This document shows positions 56,922 through 64,000 of a DNA stretch of 64,000 nucleotides, piece after piece. Position 1 is the stretch's first letter. Each line of letters begins with the position of its first letter. The notes under the pieces are model-generated. The model was not told the DNA's origin. It ran no database searches and saw nothing but the letters and a program-made list of their open reading frames with translations. Made by a program: the position numbers and the translations under genes. Source of the DNA: Pseudomonadota bacterium (GTDB taxonomy: Bacteria; Desulfobacterota; Binatia; Binatales; Binataceae); the NCBI GenBank assembly GCA_021324455.1, contig JAJPJA010000100.1:12068-76067 (forward strand). Reading direction: 5' to 3'.

Positions 56922-57767
56922 TCAGGCGAAGCGGGAGATCAGCTCGCGCGCGCAGGCGCGAATGAAATCCAGCACGCCGGATTGATCGCGGGCGCGGGTG
57001 TAGAGCACGATCCGATGCACGCCGAGGTCAGCGTATTGACGCACCACCTCGGCGTCGACCGGCGCTTTGGGCGTGACGCTGATTTCCAACTCGCTGAATC
57101 GCCGGCCGTGCCGTTCGCATGCCTGCCTGATCGCGTCGATGTAATTGGCGGTGCGATCGCGATCCAACCCGAAGCCGAACCATCCGTCGCCCAGCCGTGC
57201 GGTGCGGCTGAACGCATATTTTGAATTGCCGCCGAAAACGATCGGCGGATGCGGCTGCTGGAGCGGACGCGGCTCGGCGCGCACGCCGCTGAAGGACACG
57301 AACCGGCCGTGAAACTCAGGCCGGTCCATGGTCCACAGCGCCTTCATCGCACCGACGTATTCTTCGGCGCGAAGGCCTTTGTTTTCGAACGGCACCCCGA
57401 GGCTGGCGTATTCCAGCGGCAGCGATCCGATTCCGAAGCCGCAGATCAGGCGGCCGCCCGAAACCACATCGACCGACGCCAACTCCTTGGCCAGAACAAC
57501 CGGATTGCGCTGCGGCAAAATGATGATACCGGTGGCGAGCTTGATCCTCCGTGTATGTCCCGCGGCGTACGCCAGCGCGACCGCGGAATCGACGAACGGG
57601 ACGTCAGGCGGCATCGGCGAGGGCGGGGTCTGCGGATCGGCCAGCACGATATGCTCGCCGGTCCACAGGCTGTCGAAACCGGCCTGGTCGGCGGCGCGCG
57701 CCACCGCCGCCGCCGCGGCCGGGTTATCGCACGGTCGCATATTGATTCCGAACAGGCCGAACTTCAT
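56922..57767 (-). CDS. LLM class F420-dependent oxidoreductase
   Basis: ATG at 57767 (MKFGLFGIN…); …AGFDSLWTGEH…, …LICGFGIGS… LLM signatures. Confidence 0.8.
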   Translation of the reverse strand: MKFGLFGINMRPCDNPAAAAAVARAADQAGFDSLWTGEHIVLADPQTPPSPMPPDVPFVDSAVALAYAAGHTRRIKLATGIIILPQRNPVVLAKELASVDVVSGGRLICGFGIGSLPLEYASLGVPFENKGLRAEEYVGAMKALWTMDRPEFHGRFVSFSGVRAEPRPLQQPHPPIVFGGNSKYAFSRTARLGDGWFGFGLDRDRTANYIDAIRQACERHGRRFSELEISVTPKAPVDAEVVRQYADLGVHRIVLYTRARDQSGVLDFIRACARELISRFA

Positions 57768-57894
57768 GAGTTGCCAGATAACACGAATCCGCCCGGCCTC
57801 GAAAGCGCTGTCTAAAAAATCAACGGTTGCGGTTTGATCGTGCGATCGAACCGTATCCATAATTGCGCAGAGCCCAGGGCGGAGGAATCAGCAG

Positions 57895-58530
57895 GTGAAG
57901 AGGCGAGCCGACCTGCGTTATGAGCGCAGACTATGGCACAGCGGTCTGCAGGCGGTGGCGGGCGTGGACGAAGCCGGAGTCGGTCCGATGGCCGGGCCGG
58001 TGGTTGCGGCGGCGGTCATCTTCGAGCCTGAAACTCATATCAAAGGCGTGCACGATTCCAAGCAGCTGCCTCCGCCCAGGCGCGAGGAACTGTACGGGAT
58101 CATTGTCTGGCGGGCGCGGGCGTTTGCGGTCGGCGTAGCCCAGGTCGAAGAAATCGATCGGCTCAATATTTATCACGCCACGCTCGCCGCCTGCGTCAGG
58201 GCCGTTCAGGGATTGTGCATCAAGCCTGAGCATGTGCTCATCGACGGACGCCGCGTGCGCAATTTGGAAATCCCGCAGACTCATATCGTGGGCGGAGACC
58301 GCAAGAGCTTCTGTATCGCCGCCGCCTCGATTATCGCCAAAGTTACGCGCGACCGGATGATGTGCGAGCTCGACAGGGTCTATCCGGGCTACGGTTTTGC
58401 GCGGCATAAAGGCTATTGCACGGCCGACCATTTGGAAGCGGTCAACCGGCTGGGCCCTTCACCGATCCATCGCACCTCGTTCTCGCCGGTGAGCGCCGCG
58501 GCGCAGCTCAGTTTGAGGTTCGAGGACTGA
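57895..58530 (+). CDS. rnhB: Ribonuclease HII
   Basis: …AGVDEAGVGPMAGPVVAAAV… (DEAGRG-type catalytic motif), …IVGGDRKS…IAAASIIAKV…. Confidence 0.9.
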   Translation: MKRRADLRYERRLWHSGLQAVAGVDEAGVGPMAGPVVAAAVIFEPETHIKGVHDSKQLPPPRREELYGIIVWRARAFAVGVAQVEEIDRLNIYHATLAACVRAVQGLCIKPEHVLIDGRRVRNLEIPQTHIVGGDRKSFCIAAASIIAKVTRDRMMCELDRVYPGYGFARHKGYCTADHLEAVNRLGPSPIHRTSFSPVSAAAQLSLRFED

Positions 58531-58650
58531 TGGCACGCGCGCTGCATTGAAGCGGCGATTTCGCGGCGGAAGGGATGGCGGCGGGAATCACGACGACCCC
58601 CCTATAATCCGCGCCGAATCGCGATACAATGTCTTTAAAGGAACAAGATT

Positions 58651-59655
58651 ATGGCGCTTGAACGCGAACGAATTGCGGAGCGAGCCATGTACCGGCTCGC
58701 CGAAGACGAATTACTGGAGATTTATCGCCTGATGACTTTAATCAGGCGCTTTGAAGATAAAGTGGCCGAGATGTACACCCGCGGCAAGATTACCGGCTTT
58801 TGCCATCTCTATGCCGGTGAAGAAGCGATTGCCGTCGGCGCGCTCCACGGCTTGTACGACAAGGACTACGTGGTTTCCACCTACCGCGAGCACGGCCATT
58901 GTTTGGCCAAGGGCGCTTCGCCGCGCGTGGTGATGGCGGAGTTGTTCGGCAAGTCCACCGGCATCTCCAAGGGGCGGGGCGGCTCGATGCATCTGTTCGA
59001 CCCGGTGCTGCGCTTCATGGGCGGCTATGCCATCGTCGGCGGCGGCCTGCCTATCGCAACCGGGCTCGCACTTTCGATCGCGTATCGCGGCGACCCGGAA
59101 GTGGTGTGCTGCTTTTTCGGCGACGGTGCCCTGCCGCAGGGCGCATTTCACGAAAGCCTCAACATGGCGTCGTTGTGGAAGCTGCCGGTGATTTTCGTGT
59201 GCGAAAACAATTTCTACGGCATGGGAACGCTGGTGCAGAACGCCATCTGCCAGGAAGAACTCTACCGCTTCGCCGACCCGTACAAGATTCCCGGTATCCG
59301 CGTTGACGGGATGGACGTAATCGAAGTCTATGCCGCGGTGAGCGAGGCCGCCGCGCGCGCCCGCGAGGGCAAGGGCCCGTCGCTGATCGAAGCGATCACC
59401 TATCGCTTCCGCGGCCATTCGATGTCCGACCCGGCGGAGTACCGCTCCAAGCGCGAGGAGCGGCTGTGGCAGGAGCGCGACCCGATCAAACGCTTCCGCA
59501 CTCTGCTGACGCATGAGCGGCGCATTGCGCCCTCGGTGCTCGACAAGATCGACCAGGAAGAGACCGCGGTGGTGGATGACGCGGTCAAGTTCGCCGACGA
59601 GAGCCCCGAACCGCCCCTGTCCGAGCTGACCAAAAACGTTTACGTGGAAGAATGA
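58651..59655 (+). CDS. pdhA: Pyruvate dehydrogenase E1 component alpha subunit (TPP-binding)
   Basis: …GFCHLYAGEEA…, TPP GDG…N motif (…FFGDGALPQGAFHESLN…); phosphorylation-loop-like YRFRGHSMSD. Confidence 0.9.
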   Translation: MALERERIAERAMYRLAEDELLEIYRLMTLIRRFEDKVAEMYTRGKITGFCHLYAGEEAIAVGALHGLYDKDYVVSTYREHGHCLAKGASPRVVMAELFGKSTGISKGRGGSMHLFDPVLRFMGGYAIVGGGLPIATGLALSIAYRGDPEVVCCFFGDGALPQGAFHESLNMASLWKLPVIFVCENNFYGMGTLVQNAICQEELYRFADPYKIPGIRVDGMDVIEVYAAVSEAAARAREGKGPSLIEAITYRFRGHSMSDPAEYRSKREERLWQERDPIKRFRTLLTHERRIAPSVLDKIDQEETAVVDDAVKFADESPEPPLSELTKNVYVEE

Positions 59656-59674
59656 TGCAGAGGTTGGCACAGCA

Positions 59675-60646
59675 ATGGCCCTGATCACATACCGCGAAGC
59701 CTTGAACCAGGCGCTGCGCGAGGAACTCGACCGCGACGAGCGGGTCTTCATCATGGGCGAAGAAGTCGGCTACTTCGGCGGCGCCTTCAAGGTAACCGAC
59801 GGGCTGATCGCCGCATATGGCGAAAAGCGCATCCGCGATACGCCGATATCCGAACTCACCATCGTGGGCGCCGGCGTAGGCGCGGCGATGGGCGGACTGC
59901 GTCCGGTGGTCGAATTGATGACCATCAACTTCGCGCTGCTCGCCATCGATCAGATCGTGAATACCGCGGCCAAGGCCCGCTACATGTTCGGCGGTCAGAC
60001 CAAGGTCCCGCTGGTGATTCGCGCGCCGCAGGGCGGCGGACATCAACTGGGCGCGCAGCACAGCCAGAGCCTGGAAGCGTATTTTGTCCATTGTCCCGGG
60101 ATTCGGGTGGCGCTGCCCGCCACCGCCGCCGATGCCAAGGGGATGCTGAAGTATGCATTGCGCCAGGAAGATCCGGTCATGTTCCTGGAGCATGAATCGC
60201 TTTACGGACTCAAGGGTGAAGTTCCCGAAGACGAATACCTGGTGCCGTTCGGCAAGGCCAACGTGATGCGCGAGGGCAAGGACGTCACCATCGTGGCGTA
60301 CTCCAAGACCGTTCACGACGCGCTCAAGGCCGCCGATATCCTGGAGAACCAGGGCACCGACGCCGAAGTAATCGATCTGCGCACGCTCAATCCGCTGGAT
60401 ATCGGCACCGTGCTCGAGTCGGTCAAGAAAACGGCGCGCGCGGTGATCGTCTATGAAGGATGGCTGACGGGCGGCGCTGGCGCCGAAGTTGCCAGCCGCA
60501 TCTATGAGGCCGCCTTCGACGATCTCGACGCGCCCATCCAGCGCGTGGCGAGCGCGGATGTGCCGATGCCGTATAATCGGCATCTGGAGGCCGCCGCGCT
60601 GCCCTCGCCTGGCCAAATCGTCGCGGCGGTCGAGCGCATAATGTGA
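59675..60646 (+). CDS. pdhB: Pyruvate dehydrogenase E1 component beta subunit
   Basis: Transketolase-like Pyr and C domains (…FIMGEEVGYFGGAFKVT…). Confidence 0.9.
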   Translation: MALITYREALNQALREELDRDERVFIMGEEVGYFGGAFKVTDGLIAAYGEKRIRDTPISELTIVGAGVGAAMGGLRPVVELMTINFALLAIDQIVNTAAKARYMFGGQTKVPLVIRAPQGGGHQLGAQHSQSLEAYFVHCPGIRVALPATAADAKGMLKYALRQEDPVMFLEHESLYGLKGEVPEDEYLVPFGKANVMREGKDVTIVAYSKTVHDALKAADILENQGTDAEVIDLRTLNPLDIGTVLESVKKTARAVIVYEGWLTGGAGAEVASRIYEAAFDDLDAPIQRVASADVPMPYNRHLEAAALPSPGQIVAAVERIM

Positions 60647-60694
60647 CCGCCCACGGCGGCGTTGACCGCGCGTTAACGCCAGGAGATCCCGCAC

Positions 60695-62164
60695 ATGAGC
60701 ATTGAGATCACAATGCCGAAACTCTCCGACACCATGGAGGAGGGAAAAATCCTCCGATGGCTCAAGCATCCGGGAGACAAGGTCAGCCGCGGGGAGCCTT
60801 TGGCCGAAGTCGAGACCGACAAGGCCGACATGATCATGGAGGCGTTCGACGACGGCGTGATGCAGGAAATCGTTCTGGCCGAGGGCGAAAGCGCGCCGGT
60901 CGGCGCGACTATCGCGCGGTTGGCCGCACTGGGCGAGGAGGTCAAGCCCTCCGCATCCGGCGCCGCCCCGCGGCCTGAGCCTGAGGCGCGCACCGGCGCG
61001 CCGGAACCGGTGCCGCGCCCTTCCAAACCCGTCGCCGTCAGGAAGCGGCCGGTTGCGGCCAGGGGTGCCGGTCAGGCCGAAGCTCCGGGCAACGGCTCTG
61101 CGCCGGCCGAACTTGCGCCGCAGCCGCGCCAGGAGCTGCCCGCGTCCGAAAGCCCCGAGCCGCAGTCCAACGGACAGGCCCCGCCGGCCGCGCAGCCGCA
61201 TCAGGAGTCGGCCCATCGCGAACCCGCGCGCGCCAGCGAAGAAGTCAGCGCGATGCGTCCGGCGGCGCCGCGGCCCGTGGCGGTCTCGCACGAAGCCGAT
61301 TTGGCCAAGCTCAAGGCGTCGCCGCTGGCGCGGCGGGCGGCCGAGGAAGCCGGCATCGACTTGTCGCAGGTGCACGGCACCGGTCCCGAAGGACGTATCA
61401 CCAAGCGCGATATCGACAGCTTTCTGCGCGAGCAGCAGCTCTTCCGCCAGCGCCGCCTGGTGACGCCGCGCGAAGGCTCGCCCGGAACCTGGGAAGAACT
61501 GTCCAAGATGCGCCGCACCATCGCGCAGCGGATGGCCGCCTCAAAGCGCGAAATCCCCCACTTCTATGTGACCATGGAAATCGACATGGAAGAGTCGGTG
61601 CGGCTCAAGAAGTCGCTCGAAGCCACCGAGATTTTCGACGAGTCCATCACTTACAACGACATCGTGATCAAGGCCTGCAGCCTGGCGCTGGGGCGCTATC
61701 CGCGGATGAACGCCAGTTTCGAGAATGACGGCATCCGCATCCATCCCAGTATCAACATCGGGATGGCGGTGGCGGTCGAGGACGGCCTGATCGTGCCGGT
61801 GATCAAGGAATGCCAGCAGCTGACGCTGCCGGAAATCGCGCGCGCGGCGCATCGCCTGGTCGCCAAGGCCGCACAGGGCGGCTTTACCGCCGACGAGCTG
61901 TCGGGCGCGACGTTTTCCATCTCCAACATGGGGATGCTCGGGATCGAGCATTTCTCGGCCGTGATCGTGCCGCCGCAGGCCGCGATCCTGGCCGTAAGCG
62001 CGATCAAGGAACGCCCCGTGGTGCGCAACGGCCAGCTCGCGGTCGGGACCACGATGATGCTGACGGTGTCGTGCGACCATCGCATCGTGGACGGCGTCGT
62101 GGCCGGGCGCTTCCTGCAGGAGATGAAACGCTTTTTGGAAAATCCCGCCAGCCTGCTGGTCTAG
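60695..62164 (+). CDS. pdhC: Dihydrolipoamide acyltransferase E2 (single lipoyl domain, long Pro/Ala/Glu linker, E3-binding and catalytic domain)
   Basis: Lipoyl-Lys context …VETDKADM…; catalytic …SCDHRIVDG… motif. Confidence 0.9.
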   Translation: MSIEITMPKLSDTMEEGKILRWLKHPGDKVSRGEPLAEVETDKADMIMEAFDDGVMQEIVLAEGESAPVGATIARLAALGEEVKPSASGAAPRPEPEARTGAPEPVPRPSKPVAVRKRPVAARGAGQAEAPGNGSAPAELAPQPRQELPASESPEPQSNGQAPPAAQPHQESAHREPARASEEVSAMRPAAPRPVAVSHEADLAKLKASPLARRAAEEAGIDLSQVHGTGPEGRITKRDIDSFLREQQLFRQRRLVTPREGSPGTWEELSKMRRTIAQRMAASKREIPHFYVTMEIDMEESVRLKKSLEATEIFDESITYNDIVIKACSLALGRYPRMNASFENDGIRIHPSINIGMAVAVEDGLIVPVIKECQQLTLPEIARAAHRLVAKAAQGGFTADELSGATFSISNMGMLGIEHFSAVIVPPQAAILAVSAIKERPVVRNGQLAVGTTMMLTVSCDHRIVDGVVAGRFLQEMKRFLENPASLLV

Positions 62165-62182
62165 TTTGAAAAGGAGTATCGG

Positions 62183-63595
62183 GTGGCGAACAACCGCTAC
62201 GACCTGGCAGTTATCGGATCCGGACCCGGCGGCTACGAGGCCGCCATTCGCGCCAGCCAGCTCAAGATGCGCGTATGCGTAATCGAACGCGACCGGCCCG
62301 GCGGAGTCTGCCTTAACTGGGGGTGCATCCCGTCCAAGGCGCTGCTCAACTCGGCCGAGACGATGGAGATAATCGGCGCCGCCGCCAGAGAGCATGGAAT
62401 CCAAACCGGCGAAGTGCGCTTCGATTTCAAACGTATCATCCAGCGCAGCCGTGAAGCCGCGGAGAAGCTGTCGCGCGGCGTCCGCTTCCTGTTGCGCAAA
62501 AACAACATCGAGCTGATCGAGGCCAGCGCCGCGTTCGACGGACCGCAGCGCCTGACCCTGACGCGCAGCGACGGCAACGCGCCGTCCGCTCCGGCAGTCG
62601 AAGCCGAGCGCATCCTGATCGCGACCGGATCGCGCGAGCGGCTGTTTGCCGGGATGAGAATCGGCGACGGGATGCTCACCAGCCGCGAAGCGCTGGTTTA
62701 CGATCAGCTGCCGGAAAGCGTCGCGGTGATTGGCGCCGGCGCCGTCGGTCTGGAATTCGGCTACTTCTACCAGGCCTTCGGCGCCAGGGTGACGATCATC
62801 GAACTGGAAAAACAGATGCTGCCCGGAGTGTGCGACGCCGAGGTGGCCGAAGAACTGCGCCGCGCCTTCGTCAAGCGCAAAGTCGACGTCCTGCTGGGCC
62901 ACGGCTACAAGTCCGCGGCCCGCCATGGCGATCGCTGGAGCGTGGCGCTGGACAACAACAGTCAGGGCAAGACGGTGGAAGCCGAGATGGTTCTGGTCGC
63001 GGTCGGCCGCACACCGAACAGCGACAGCCTCGGGCTGGAAAAAATTGGCGTGGAACTGGAGCGCGGGGGTTTTATCCGCATCGACGAGTACTTCCGCACC
63101 ACGCGCGATGGTATCTACGCCATCGGCGACGTGATCCGGCCGCCGCTGCTGGCGCACAAGGCGTCCGCCGAGGGCATCGCCGCGGTCGAGATGATGGCCG
63201 GGGTGCGCGAGCCCGGATTCGATCTGATGAATATCCCCGGATGCGTCTATTGCCAGCCCGAAGTCGCCACCATCGGGATGACCGAAGCGGCGGCCAAAGC
63301 GGCCGGCATCGAAGTCAAGGTCGGCAAATTCCCCTTCCGCGCCAACGGCAAAGCCGTCGCCGTCAACCATGTGGAAGGCTTCGTAAAGCTGGTGGCCGGC
63401 AGGAAATACGGCGAAGTGATCGGCTGTCAGATCATCGGGCACGGCGCCACCGACATGATTTCCGAGGTTGCGCTGGGCAAGACGCTGGAGGCGACCACCC
63501 TGGAGTTCGGCCGCACCGTCCATCCCCATCCGACCATCTCCGAAGCGATCATGGAGGCGGCGCTGGCGGCCGACGGCGAGGCGATCAATTTCTGA
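62183..63595 (+). CDS. lpd: Dihydrolipoyl dehydrogenase E3
   Basis: GGVCLNWGCIPSK redox disulfide, FAD/NAD GxGxxG/A motifs, C-terminal HPHPTISE. Confidence 0.9.
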   Translation: MANNRYDLAVIGSGPGGYEAAIRASQLKMRVCVIERDRPGGVCLNWGCIPSKALLNSAETMEIIGAAAREHGIQTGEVRFDFKRIIQRSREAAEKLSRGVRFLLRKNNIELIEASAAFDGPQRLTLTRSDGNAPSAPAVEAERILIATGSRERLFAGMRIGDGMLTSREALVYDQLPESVAVIGAGAVGLEFGYFYQAFGARVTIIELEKQMLPGVCDAEVAEELRRAFVKRKVDVLLGHGYKSAARHGDRWSVALDNNSQGKTVEAEMVLVAVGRTPNSDSLGLEKIGVELERGGFIRIDEYFRTTRDGIYAIGDVIRPPLLAHKASAEGIAAVEMMAGVREPGFDLMNIPGCVYCQPEVATIGMTEAAAKAAGIEVKVGKFPFRANGKAVAVNHVEGFVKLVAGRKYGEVIGCQIIGHGATDMISEVALGKTLEATTLEFGRTVHPHPTISEAIMEAALAADGEAINF

Positions 63596-63597
63596 AT

Positions 63598-64000
63598 ATG
63601 AGTGCCCGTTCGATAGCCTGCGCCTGGCTCGGGCGCGTTGATTACAGGCCAGCGCTGGGAGTTCAGGAGGAACTGGCGGCGGCGCGCCAGTCGGGCGCGA
63701 TTGACGACACCCTGCTGCTGCTGGAGCATCCGCACGTCTATACGCTGGGGCGCGGCGCCGCCGAGCATTTTGTGGTCGCGCCGCCGCCGGGCGTGCCGAT
63801 TCATCGCGTGTCGCGCGGCGGTCAGGTCACCTATCACGGGCCGGGGCAGTTGGTCGGCTATCCGATACTGAAACTCGAGGGCGCCGCCCGCGACGTGCAT
63901 CTGTATCTGCGTTCACTGGAGGAAACGATCATTCAAAGCCTGCGGCAGTATGGAATCCAGGCGGGACGGCGCGCGAAGCTGACCGGTGTCTGGGTTGGCG
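63598..64000 (+). CDS. lipB: Octanoyltransferase LipB (partial, runs off window end)
   Basis: ATG at 63598; …LLLLEHPHVYTLGR… and …RGGQVTYHGPGQLVGYPIL… LipB signatures; not in the supplied ORF table because no stop is reached. Confidence 0.8.
   Translation, partial: MSARSIACAWLGRVDYRPALGVQEELAAARQSGAIDDTLLLLEHPHVYTLGRGAAEHFVVAPPPGVPIHRVSRGGQVTYHGPGQLVGYPILKLEGAARDVHLYLRSLEETIIQSLRQYGIQAGRRAKLTGVWVG

Noticed and set aside
59585-63529. Large minus-strand ORFs (59585..61375 and 61541..63529)
   Set aside because: They are antisense to the pdh E2 and lpd genes, which have unambiguous catalytic motifs.

Overview
This is a ~67% GC bacterial chromosomal segment with about 55 confident protein-coding genes. 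No rRNA, tRNA or CRISPR arrays were found by eye. The organism appears to be diderm: SurA, an Omp85-family barrel with the RGY loop motif, and lipoproteins are present. It encodes three luciferase-like (LLM) oxidoreductases of the type normally annotated as F420-dependent.

Housekeeping blocks:
- mfd-surA-pdxA operon with 4-nt spacing and a GTGA overlap
- uppP plus a DMT transporter
- ThiO-like glycine oxidase
- a 1496-aa Lhr helicase
- tkt-gor
- asd
- rnhB
- a Gram-positive-type pyruvate dehydrogenase operon (pdhA-pdhB-E2-lpd) followed by lipB

Accessory or unusual content:
1. A prokaryotic pentameric ligand-gated ion channel (Cys-loop receptor homologue) sits divergent from lhr, immediately upstream of a 1277-aa cytoplasmic tandem hybrid kinase (PAS-GAF-HK-REC-PAS-HK-REC).
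2. A lower-GC degraded island (31.8-34.2 kb) carries a frameshifted DNA methyltransferase remnant and an MNT/HEPN toxin-antitoxin pair with a frameshifted HEPN. That pair is flanked by ~30-bp imperfect direct repeats, and the island ends in a strong bidirectional terminator.
3. A bidirectional candidate biosynthetic cluster (47.1-54.1 kb) reads HAD phosphatase, nucleotidyltransferase, ATP-grasp ligase, class-III aminotransferase, GmhB-like phosphatase on the minus strand, and a CDP-alcohol phosphatidyltransferase fusion plus a B12-binding radical SAM on the plus strand. It does not match any pathway I can name and is the best candidate for an undescribed system.
4. An orphan HerA-type ATPase has no nuclease partner and sits behind a homopurine/homopyrimidine tract.
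5. A 19-bp Shine-Dalgarno-containing unit is triplicated in tandem directly upstream of the tkt start codon.
6. Two TetR regulators each have a perfect palindromic operator candidate. One is in a unit with a SAM methyltransferase and a novel 66-aa Cys-rich protein.

All family assignments are from motif and sequence inspection only; no database searches were run.
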